This document shows, one piece after another, positions 35,774 through 44,308 of a stretch of 64,000 nucleotides of DNA. The notes under the pieces were generated by a model, which searched no databases, was not told where the DNA came from, and saw nothing but the letters and a program-made list of their open reading frames with translations. How positions within the stretch are numbered: position 1 is the first letter of the stretch; every line of letters begins with the position of its first letter. Origin of the DNA: a virus (Duplodnaviria > Caudoviricetes); the IMG/VR virus record IMGVR_UViG_3300023174_000048, positions 1-64,000 of that record; one strand, given 5' to 3'. The translations under genes were made by a program, and so were the position numbers.

Positions 35774-35797
35774 CAACCGATAACACTGTGGTATGAT
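35770..35797 (+). promoter_or_regulatory. sigma70-type promoter
   Basis: TTGACA-16-TATGAT, ACCGAT in spacer. Confidence 0.75.
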
Positions 35798-35843
35798 TGG
35801 GTTATCACAGGGAACGATTCACAGGACATTTGGAGACATAAAG

Positions 35844-38504
35844 ATGAAGTTGGCAGATCGCGTTATTGAGACTCATAGTGCTGGTGTTCGTAGCGAGTCT
35901 GGTTTTACAATCGCTCAGACTAGCAAAATGTTTAAAATCCTTTCGGACTCTCTTTATTCTGATAAGGTTATGGCAGTTATTCGTGAACTGTCTACTAATG
36001 CTTATGATAGTCATATTAGTGCTGGCAATAAGAATCCCTTCAAGGTGATCTTGCCAACATCTGCTAATCCGTCTTTTACAGTGCGTGATTATGGCACTGG
36101 GCTTAGTCAGGGCGATATGGAGAACCTGTATACAACCTACGGTGCTTCTAATAAGAATGATAGCAACGATTTTGTTGGTTGTCTTGGTCTTGGGAGTAAG
36201 AGTCCGTTTGCTTATACCAAGAGTTTTACTACTAGTTCTTATTTTAATGGAATTAAGTATACCTATATTGCCGCTATTGATGATAGTGGTGTTCCTACTC
36301 TGAATCTTTTTAATACTTGTGAAACTGACGAGGCTAATGGTCTTGAAATCAGTTTTGCTGTTAAGAACCATGATTTTAGTGAGTTTACCAACAAGGCTAT
36401 TAGGATTTTCCACTATTTCCGAATGAAACCCATCATTGAAGGTGGACTTGGAAATAATCTGCAAGATCATAAGTATAGCAATACCAATATTGTTATTAGT
36501 GGTAACGGCTGGAGAGTTTGCAGACTCAATAATGATACCCAGTATTACCCTAATAATTATCATCGTATTGATAGTGGTGTTGTTGCTATCATGGGTAATA
36601 TTGCATATCCTGTTCAGACCGCTCAGATTATTGGTCAGGAAAAGGAAGACCAACCAGATCATATTGCCAAGTGGAATAGGGCTTTCCAGAAGGCCGATAT
36701 TGATTCGTGGAAGAGTTTTGTTACTGAGATCATTAATTCTGGTCTTTATCTGGAACTTGATTTTGGTATTGGCGAACTGGAAATGGATGTTTCCCGTGAA
36801 GGTTTGCAGTATACCAAGAGTGTTATTAAAACTCTGCGTCAAAAGACTCAAGAGATTTATCTTGAGATGAAGGACGAATTTAGTAAGAAGATTTCTGCCG
36901 CCACAACCAAGATTGAGGCTATCACAACATATTATCAGATGAATGAATTGTCTGGTGGATGGGGTGTTGGTGCATCTTGGACTGATCCTAATGGTAAAAA
37001 CCACAACATTAATAGTGGTGCTGACCTTGAATATAAAATCAAGGCCGGTAAGAACCTGTACGTTTTTAACTACAAGAGCAGCGGGTATCGTTCACGACGC
37101 CTTATTTCTCTTACAGATAAAATCCATCACGATACTCTTACTGGTAAGGGATATTCTTACTGGAATGCCCAAAAGAAGAATGGGAAAATTGCTTTTTTTG
37201 TTTGTGATGTTAAGGGTGAAGAAACTGCCAAGAAGATTGTGACACGTTATTGTGGTCAAAATGATTGTTTTGCATATATGATTATGGACACAAAGGATCA
37301 TACTCAAAGCGACAAGGGTTTTGATGATCTGATTAGTGATGTTGGAGAGTCGAATCTGCTCAAGGTTTCTGACTATAAGCATCTTACTCAAAGTTCTGGC
37401 CCTCGTAAAAGTGGAGTCAGAAATAGTAATGGTAGTGTGAGCGATCAAGACATATTCTTTATTCATGGTCAGTCTAAGGATTCTGGTAAACTTAGTGTCG
37501 AATATAATGATGCTCTAAGTTTGAAAACTCTTACAAGTGACGAACTAGATGAATTGAGTGATAGTGATTCTATCATTTATGTTCCTATTCTTCGTTATCA
37601 AAGCACACCAGAGTTTCCTAAGATCAATAAGATTGTATCGCTATTTGATAATGAGAATATCAAGGGACTGTTTGGAAATGTGAAGGTTTATGCTATCAAG
37701 AGCAATTTTGTAGCAAAAATGACCAGTGAAGGACACAATCTTGTTGACTTTAACACTTGGTTTAAGAAGATTCTCTCAACAAAGATTAAGAATTATTTTA
37801 ACAATACCAATGAGTACAACTCTATTGTTGAATTCTACAAAAAAGAATTTATCAGTAAGGATGGTGATAACGATAATTATTATTACAATCATGGAACATT
37901 GGTTAGCCAGTTCTCTTGTCATATGTTGAGTATTTTTGGTCTTGAATATAAGAAATATATCAAGAACACTGAACTATGTAGTATTATTGATAGTTTTCTT
38001 GTAATGGAATTCTTTGCTGATACTATGCACAGAGCAACTTTTGATCTGAAACGATTCTCTCAGACTGAATATTTTGACCATATTAACTCTTTGCTAAAGG
38101 ATCGAGGTATTGATAATCTTGATAGTAAAGAACTCAAGAAGAAAAATGTACAGTATAACACTCTTATAAATATTCAACATCAGATGTTTGACTATTTTGA
38201 TGACACTGAGGAATATACTAAATTGTTTAAGTCTGATACTAAAGTAATCAAGTATAAGTTGACCAAAGCGGCAGACTTGAAGAAAATTCTTAAAGTCGAG
38301 GTTGACAAGAACCCGATGTTGAAGTATATTATGGGAAGCAACCAGAATAACGGCAGTATTAGAGATTTGGACAGCAAGAATAATCCTATCTCTCAATTTG
38401 CTGATAATTATTATGGTAAGAGAAATAATACTATATGGGTTGAGACTATGGATAGCGACAAGATTGATTTGTTTAAGATTCAATTGAGTAGTTTGATCAA
38501 GTAA
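35844..38504 (+). CDS. rIIA-like protein (N-terminal GHKL ATPase)
   Basis: IRELSTNAYDSH, VRDYGTGL, GCLGLGSKSPFAYT, GLEISF; directly upstream of rIIB-like gene; GGAG SD before 35844. Confidence 0.85.
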   Translation: MKLADRVIETHSAGVRSESGFTIAQTSKMFKILSDSLYSDKVMAVIRELSTNAYDSHISAGNKNPFKVILPTSANPSFTVRDYGTGLSQGDMENLYTTYGASNKNDSNDFVGCLGLGSKSPFAYTKSFTTSSYFNGIKYTYIAAIDDSGVPTLNLFNTCETDEANGLEISFAVKNHDFSEFTNKAIRIFHYFRMKPIIEGGLGNNLQDHKYSNTNIVISGNGWRVCRLNNDTQYYPNNYHRIDSGVVAIMGNIAYPVQTAQIIGQEKEDQPDHIAKWNRAFQKADIDSWKSFVTEIINSGLYLELDFGIGELEMDVSREGLQYTKSVIKTLRQKTQEIYLEMKDEFSKKISAATTKIEAITTYYQMNELSGGWGVGASWTDPNGKNHNINSGADLEYKIKAGKNLYVFNYKSSGYRSRRLISLTDKIHHDTLTGKGYSYWNAQKKNGKIAFFVCDVKGEETAKKIVTRYCGQNDCFAYMIMDTKDHTQSDKGFDDLISDVGESNLLKVSDYKHLTQSSGPRKSGVRNSNGSVSDQDIFFIHGQSKDSGKLSVEYNDALSLKTLTSDELDELSDSDSIIYVPILRYQSTPEFPKINKIVSLFDNENIKGLFGNVKVYAIKSNFVAKMTSEGHNLVDFNTWFKKILSTKIKNYFNNTNEYNSIVEFYKKEFISKDGDNDNYYYNHGTLVSQFSCHMLSIFGLEYKKYIKNTELCSIIDSFLVMEFFADTMHRATFDLKRFSQTEYFDHINSLLKDRGIDNLDSKELKKKNVQYNTLINIQHQMFDYFDDTEEYTKLFKSDTKVIKYKLTKAADLKKILKVEVDKNPMLKYIMGSNQNNGSIRDLDSKNNPISQFADNYYGKRNNTIWVETMDSDKIDLFKIQLSSLIK

Positions 38505-38540
38505 TTCACAAGGTAACTAAAAACAATAGGAGTTTATATC

Positions 38541-39419
38541 ATGAGTGTTCCGTTTATGTTTGTTGATGGTAATCTGACGGTTGTGCTGAATAATAAGAGT
38601 TTTCAGGTTCTGCCTGACCACCTTAATTATAAGATGATTCTGGAGGCACTTCCCTCCGCAACTTCTGATGAGTTGCTTGAAATGATTGATATTGAGAAGG
38701 CAGTTGCTACTTTTAGCGATGGTCTTGTTGAGATCAAGAATGGTCAGGTAACTTATGAGGGTGAGGTTGTTCATGGGTCGATTAGCAAGAGAATTCTGGA
38801 GTTTATGAGCAAGGGTCTGCCTTTTCAGCCTCTTGTTAATTTCCTGAATAATCTTATGGAAAATCCTAGTATGCAGAGTCAAAAGGAACTCTACGATTTC
38901 CTTGAGCATGAGCATCTGCCTATTACTGAGGATGGTTATTTCCTTGCCTATAAGGCAGTCAGAGCAGATTACATGGACAAATATCGCGGAGTATTTGATA
39001 ATCATGTTGGTAATGTTTGCGAAATGACCCGATCAAAGGTTGATGATGATCGTGGTCGAGGTTGTTCTAATGGACTTCATGCTGGTGCATTGAATTATGT
39101 GGCCGGTTATGGTAGTCTGGAAAGTGGTGATAAGATTGTTATCGTTAAGATTAATCCTGCTGATGTTGTGAGTGTTCCTAGTGATTGCAACTATGAGAAA
39201 CTTCGCACTTGCCGATATGAAGTTGTCGGAGAGTATCAAGGCGAACTACTCAAGCCTCTTTATTCATCTGTCTTTAGTGAGGATGATTACGAGGACGAGG
39301 ACGAAGATTATGATAATGATTATGATTGGGGATGGAATGAGGATGATGACGAAGAGGCTGAAGAGGCTTATGCTGAAGATGACGAGGATGATGAGTTTGA
39401 TAACTCTTATCCTGGTTGA
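38541..39419 (+). CDS. rIIB-like protein with acidic tail
   Basis: LPITEDGYFLAYKAVR, CSNGLH, IVIVKINPADVVSVP, KLRTCRYEVV. Confidence 0.85.
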   Translation: MSVPFMFVDGNLTVVLNNKSFQVLPDHLNYKMILEALPSATSDELLEMIDIEKAVATFSDGLVEIKNGQVTYEGEVVHGSISKRILEFMSKGLPFQPLVNFLNNLMENPSMQSQKELYDFLEHEHLPITEDGYFLAYKAVRADYMDKYRGVFDNHVGNVCEMTRSKVDDDRGRGCSNGLHAGALNYVAGYGSLESGDKIVIVKINPADVVSVPSDCNYEKLRTCRYEVVGEYQGELLKPLYSSVFSEDDYEDEDEDYDNDYDWGWNEDDDEEAEEAYAEDDEDDEFDNSYPG

Positions 39420-39428
39420 TTAAAATCG

Positions 39429-39492
39429 AAGGAATAGTCTGGGGACTGGATTAGTTAGTGCTAACTCTTAGGGTTCGATCCCCTAATTCCTT
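39429..39492 (+). ncRNA. tRNA-like structure lacking a normal anticodon loop
   Basis: AAGGAAT/ATTCCTT acceptor-like stem, TAGGG-TTCGATC-CCCTA T arm, AGTTA-GTGC-TAACT stem with 4-nt loop. Confidence 0.45.
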
Positions 39493-39568
39493 TTTGCCGA
39501 CCATGACAGTAGCGTTTACTATCCCGGCTTATTTTGAGGTTGTTTACAATTACAGGTAACGGTGAAAT

Positions 39569-40747
39569 ATGTTTAAGATGGAACTTGGTTTTAATCCGTA
39601 TGATAAGGCTAATAGCAGTGCTGAAAAGCGTTATGCTAATTCGTGGAATGGACTGCAAGAGCAGTTTCTAAATTCTTTTAATCTAAATGCTGGTCATATC
39701 TTTTGCTACAATGGAGATCCTCGTAGAAAGATTAGTAGCATGAAACATACTAATGATCTTGTTGAGGTTCGTAATGCTAACGAGAATAGCAACTCTGATG
39801 CTTATTTCTATGTTAATGGTGGACGAAAGCAGTATGCTATCAACACTATTGCTTGTTGCTTTGTGGATATTGATGCTGGACGAGATGATGCTGGAAACTA
39901 TCTACCTTCAAAAGAGGTTATGAAGTTTAAGCAGTCCTCTCTTGACAAGATCAATAATTTTCCTGTTAAGCCAAGTTGGGTAGTAGATACTCGTAATGGT
40001 TATCAGATTTATTGGATTATGGATGATCAAAGTCGAACTCTGATTAATCAAACCACATGGAATGGTATTCAGAAGAAACTGGTAAATTACTTTGGTGGAG
40101 ATGCACGAGCCATCAAGATCAATCAGATTTATCGAGTTCCTTATACTTGGTGGCGTAAGTGCTGGGAAAAGAAGGCGTCTTACTTTACCAGTATTCTGAA
40201 CGGCTCAACTGGTCAGAGCGTTAATGTTCAAGATTTAATCTCTGCATTAAATGGTCAACCAGCAACAGTAACCATTGTTCCTAATGCTACTAGTGACGCT
40301 TGGTTTGACCAGTGGAGAAAAACCTATAAGAAGTCTGATGCTACTGGACTTCCAGTAACTGTTGATGCTGCTACAAAGATTCTGAATGAACTTAATAGTC
40401 AGAGGGCTACTTATACAAATAGCAGTGCTGATTATTGTGGTCAAAAGAACTCTATGAGTAGTGCTTGGGCGTCTTATAATCAGACTCCAAATAGTGACAA
40501 CGAGTATCTTTCAAAGGTTTATAACATCAAGTATGAAAAGGCTTATGGTGATCCGTCGCCGGTATTGCCTTCTCATGCTGGTGACAGTGGTTTAGTTTTG
40601 AGTGGGGAGCAGGCCAAACTTTTAAAAACGGTGGTCGAGTACCTCAATCAAGCGTCCACAGCGTTGTATTTCAGCAACAACCGATTCCTTTCTGGTGCTG
40701 CCAGAGACTTGGCAAGCCAGATTAGTGATAAATTTTGTGTGGGTTGA
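39569..40747 (+). CDS. RepB-type primase/AEP-like protein
   Basis: CFVDIDAG, WVVDTRNGYQIYW, QIYRVP motifs. Confidence 0.65.
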   Translation: MFKMELGFNPYDKANSSAEKRYANSWNGLQEQFLNSFNLNAGHIFCYNGDPRRKISSMKHTNDLVEVRNANENSNSDAYFYVNGGRKQYAINTIACCFVDIDAGRDDAGNYLPSKEVMKFKQSSLDKINNFPVKPSWVVDTRNGYQIYWIMDDQSRTLINQTTWNGIQKKLVNYFGGDARAIKINQIYRVPYTWWRKCWEKKASYFTSILNGSTGQSVNVQDLISALNGQPATVTIVPNATSDAWFDQWRKTYKKSDATGLPVTVDAATKILNELNSQRATYTNSSADYCGQKNSMSSAWASYNQTPNSDNEYLSKVYNIKYEKAYGDPSPVLPSHAGDSGLVLSGEQAKLLKTVVEYLNQASTALYFSNNRFLSGAARDLASQISDKFCVG

Positions 40748-41160
40748 AAATGACAGACAAAGATCCAGAAAATAATGATCCTTACAAATTCTACTTTCAG
40801 ATAGATACTGAATGGGTCAAGAAATATATGGATAGTCTGATTAATAAGATAGAATATAAATGGATAACTAAGGAAGTTATAGAGGATGCTTTAAAGAACC
40901 TACCTAACTATAATACTCCGTTACTTCCAGATGGATTTTCTCCGATTGCGTTACCTGTGAGTAGTTGGCTCTCCAGTACAGTGGACGATAAAAAGTCCCT
41001 GTACTTGGGGAACAACTATTGGAATGAAGGAATATGGAAAATGAAGTATTTTGTCTATAATAAACTACAGAAAGATTATGAATTACATTTACAAGCTCAT
41101 GCTAAACATGTGGTTAGTCAGCCAAGATATTACGAATGTTTATTTGAAATACTTAATTAG
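40735..41160 (+). CDS. hypothetical protein
   Basis: ORF in array; start may be 40750. Confidence 0.6.
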   Translation: MCGLKMTDKDPENNDPYKFYFQIDTEWVKKYMDSLINKIEYKWITKEVIEDALKNLPNYNTPLLPDGFSPIALPVSSWLSSTVDDKKSLYLGNNYWNEGIWKMKYFVYNKLQKDYELHLQAHAKHVVSQPRYYECLFEILN

Positions 41161-41168
41161 GATATTGT

Positions 41169-41612
41169 ATGAAAGATAAATCGTATATAATTCACGACAT
41201 GGATGCGTTTACTAATCATGTTAGAGTATTAGTGTATAATGCTTTTGGTAGTGGCTTATCAGAAGATAAAGAAGACAAAGAAGATCCAGAAATTGACGAT
41301 CTAATCTCTGTTAAGCCAGAAGATAAGGACGAGTTGGATAAAATATTATCTTTTGAAGAGTCTCTAAATATAGTAAATCATATAGTTAAAAAACAAAAAA
41401 ACAAAAAGACAAACAATATACGATACGTGGTAAATGATAGTATATTTTTGCAAGTATTAGAGTCTCTTAATGATAGAATGGTAAGCAACCTACTAAATAA
41501 TTTGGTAAACAAAGGAATTCTTGAAACAGGATTTGATAATGAAACTAATGATTTCCTGTTTTGGATAAAAGACAATGATAACAAAAAATCTGAAAAGCCA
41601 GAAACCGATTGA
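41169..41612 (+). CDS. hypothetical protein
   Basis: AGGA SD. Confidence 0.7.
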   Translation: MKDKSYIIHDMDAFTNHVRVLVYNAFGSGLSEDKEDKEDPEIDDLISVKPEDKDELDKILSFEESLNIVNHIVKKQKNKKTNNIRYVVNDSIFLQVLESLNDRMVSNLLNNLVNKGILETGFDNETNDFLFWIKDNDNKKSEKPETD

Positions 41613-41985
41613 AATTGATGCTTCATTTAAATATAAATGTCCATCTGAGGATTGTGAAAATGAACATTGGCTCTTTCTAAGACAAGCACAGGTTAAGAAC
41701 TTTAAGATAGTCTGCGAGTGCGGTTTGATTTTCAAACCTAAACAGGTCAAAAACATTAAAATAATTTACGAAAAGCCCACAAAGAAACGAAAGATCGCAG
41801 AAGATATTGTGGATAGTATTCCTGTTGATCTATTGAACCAGTGTGCTAAGATTCTGTCTGGTTACGGATTTGATTTGGATGAGTCTAAAGAATTGATTAA
41901 ACAATCATATAATTCTTGCAAGACTAACGATATTGGTTTATTAGTTAAAAACGCTTTAAAATCTTTTGGAGAAAAAAATGGCTAA
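41575..41985 (+). CDS. zinc-ribbon protein with RuvA domain III-like C-terminus
   Basis: CPSEDC..CECG; ILSGYGFDLDESKELIKQS..IGLLVKNALKSF; directly upstream of ruvB. Confidence 0.5.
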   Translation: MITKNLKSQKPIEIDASFKYKCPSEDCENEHWLFLRQAQVKNFKIVCECGLIFKPKQVKNIKIIYEKPTKKRKIAEDIVDSIPVDLLNQCAKILSGYGFDLDESKELIKQSYNSCKTNDIGLLVKNALKSFGEKNG

Positions 41986-42889
41986 AGGTATTCGACCATC
42001 AACTTTTGATGAAATCATTGGACAGGATAATGTTAAGGAGCGTCTGCGAGTGTCTGTGATGGGTTGTAAAAACACAGGCACGGTGATGCCTCACGTTTTA
42101 ATAGACGGCCCTCCTGGCCTTGGTAAGACCACCATAGCGAGTGCCATAGCAAACGAGTTGGGGGTGAACCTTTATACCACCAATGCTGCAAATATACGAA
42201 GCATAAAAAACATTATTCCATATATTATGGGGATTGAACCAAGATCAGTTTTGTTCATTGATGAAATCCATAGATTGCCTAAAATTGTAGAAGAATTTCT
42301 ATATCCAATCATGGAAGATTTTGTACTCAATATCACTGTAAAAAATGATGAGGATAAAGACGTTCCAGAAACTATTGATCTTCCAATGTTTACTGTTGTT
42401 GGTGCTACAACCAGTGGTGGAAGTTTAAGTCAACCATTTTATGATCGCTTTTGCATTAAAGAACATCTATCTTTTTACAATACAGATGATCTAGCTAAAC
42501 TAGCAAGGTTGAATTCGTCTAAATTAGGAGTAGTCATAGAGGACTCAGACCTCTTAGAGATTGCACGACGAAGCAAAGGTACTCCAAGAATTCTAAATGC
42601 TAGATTGCAATGGTATAAAAATTATATGTCTTGTAATCCAGATAAAACTATTTCTGTGGATGAGATATTTAATGTTCAGGGTATTGATAATAATGGTCTT
42701 GATGTTTATGATAGACTATATATTGATATTTTGAAAAAGAGTAAGGGATCTCCACTTGGACTGAAAGCAATATCTTCAATGACAGGAATTGCTATTGAAA
42801 CTATTGAGAATAGTATTGAGCCATTTCTAGTTAGACGAGGATATGTAATCAGAACTCAAAAGGGGAGAGTTTTAGGATCTCAACCATAA
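41978..42889 (+). CDS. ruvB: Holliday junction branch migration helicase RuvB
   Basis: RPSTFDEIIGQ, GPPGLGKTT, FIDEIHRL, GATT, SKGTPRI, IEPFLVRRG..RTQKGR. Confidence 0.93.
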   Translation: MAKGIRPSTFDEIIGQDNVKERLRVSVMGCKNTGTVMPHVLIDGPPGLGKTTIASAIANELGVNLYTTNAANIRSIKNIIPYIMGIEPRSVLFIDEIHRLPKIVEEFLYPIMEDFVLNITVKNDEDKDVPETIDLPMFTVVGATTSGGSLSQPFYDRFCIKEHLSFYNTDDLAKLARLNSSKLGVVIEDSDLLEIARRSKGTPRILNARLQWYKNYMSCNPDKTISVDEIFNVQGIDNNGLDVYDRLYIDILKKSKGSPLGLKAISSMTGIAIETIENSIEPFLVRRGYVIRTQKGRVLGSQP

Positions 42890-42927
42890 TAATTTGATAT
42901 CAATAAATATATAATGCTAAGATACTA

Positions 42928-42952
42928 AAGGGGCCTTTTTGGCCCCTTTTTT
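42928..42952 (+). terminator. intrinsic terminator
   Basis: AAGGGGCC-ttttt-GGCCCC followed by T run. Confidence 0.85.
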
Positions 42953-42988
42953 ATTGGTATGGTGGTGTAATCTACCTTAGAGGATACT

Positions 42989-43300
42989 ATGGCAGATACT
43001 ATATACATACTATTAATTATATTGATACTATTAAATATAGTATTTTTCTTTTTGGGATACTTCCTTGGTCGATTAAATAGTAGTCAGACCACTATTGGGA
43101 GTCAGCCGGTTTCATTTTTTGATAAGAGCAAATCAAATAATGATAATTCTATTAATAAAATTACTATTGACGAGAGCAAGTATGTAACAGATATTAAGAC
43201 ATCTGGTATGGAGAAAAAATACGAAAATCTTGGCGAAACAAAAATATCTACAGAAAATATAGAGTCTTCAATTAATAAACTTAAGAATATAAAGAGGTAA
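42989..43300 (+). CDS. membrane-anchored hypothetical protein
   Basis: GAGGA SD, N-terminal TM helix. Confidence 0.75.
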   Translation: MADTIYILLIILILLNIVFFFLGYFLGRLNSSQTTIGSQPVSFFDKSKSNNDNSINKITIDESKYVTDIKTSGMEKKYENLGETKISTENIESSINKLKNIKR

Positions 43301-43305
43301 TATTT

Positions 43306-44307
43306 ATGGGAAAAGGCTTAGATGTTGGAACTAGTTATATTGTATTATCTCAAGACTCTTCTAGTGGCGTTGTATACAAAGATTTTAGAGATGCTTTTTA
43401 TATTATCAAGCCAACCACCCCAGTTTCAACAAAAATGATTGAAAAAGGATTATCTGGAAAGATTTTTATTAAAGATACTGATGGTTCATTCATTATCTTG
43501 GGGAAAGATGCTATTGAAAAGGCTATTGAACGTAATGACAACGCAAAACGACCCATGAGCAAAGGCGTCGTATCCGCCAAGGAAAAGGATGCCAAGCGTG
43601 TTCTAGCCTTCATTTTAAAAGAAGTGGCCGGACAGGCATCAGAACAAAATGAGAAACTCGTATTCTGCGTCCCAGCACAACCAGTTGACCAAGAAGATGA
43701 GGATTTTGATGTTGGATATCATGAGGATGTAGTCAAGGCTATTTTGGGTGAATGTGGATATGATGCTAGAGCAATTAATGAAGCAGAGGCTTTATGCTAT
43801 GCTGAATTAGGCGACGAAGATTACACTGGAATAGCAGTATCATGTGGGGCAGGAATGACTAATGTGTGTGTGATGTTAAATGGCGAACCAACAGTTGTAT
43901 TTAGCACAACAAAATCTGGAGATTGGGTTGATCGTATGAGTGCGGTAGCCACTGGCGAAAAAGATAGTGTTGTGCAAGCTGAAAAAGAAGGTGGTGGATT
44001 TGTGATTGGTGAACATAATGATAATCCAGTTTTATCAGCAGTATCTTCATACTATGAGAGATTAATCGATTATACAACAAAGCAATTAACTGTTGCATTA
44101 TCTGGTCATAAGGCTTTGCCAAAATTTAAAAACCCATTAACTATTGTGGTTGCTGGAGGAACGTCTCAAGCAAAAGGATATATTGAGATTTTTACTAAAA
44201 AATTATCAGAAAATAACTTTCCTTTATCAATTAAAGTAGTCAAGCATGCTTCAGACCCCTTACATGCTGTATCAAAAGGATGTTTAATAGCAGCAAAGGT
44301 ATTATGA
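43306..44307 (+). CDS. actin-like ATPase (MreB/ParM/FtsA superfamily)
   Basis: GLDVGTS phosphate-1, INEAEA, SCGAGMTN phosphate-2, VAGGTS adenosine motif. Confidence 0.85.
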   Translation: MGKGLDVGTSYIVLSQDSSSGVVYKDFRDAFYIIKPTTPVSTKMIEKGLSGKIFIKDTDGSFIILGKDAIEKAIERNDNAKRPMSKGVVSAKEKDAKRVLAFILKEVAGQASEQNEKLVFCVPAQPVDQEDEDFDVGYHEDVVKAILGECGYDARAINEAEALCYAELGDEDYTGIAVSCGAGMTNVCVMLNGEPTVVFSTTKSGDWVDRMSAVATGEKDSVVQAEKEGGGFVIGEHNDNPVLSAVSSYYERLIDYTTKQLTVALSGHKALPKFKNPLTIVVAGGTSQAKGYIEIFTKKLSENNFPLSIKVVKHASDPLHAVSKGCLIAAKVL

Positions 44308-44308
44308 G

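Noticed and set aside
35805-37004. 399-aa - strand ORF and other long antisense ORFs (e.g. 22575-23171, 26178-26645, 38517-39005)
   Set aside because: Shadows of well-supported + strand genes with biased codon usage; no motifs or SD.
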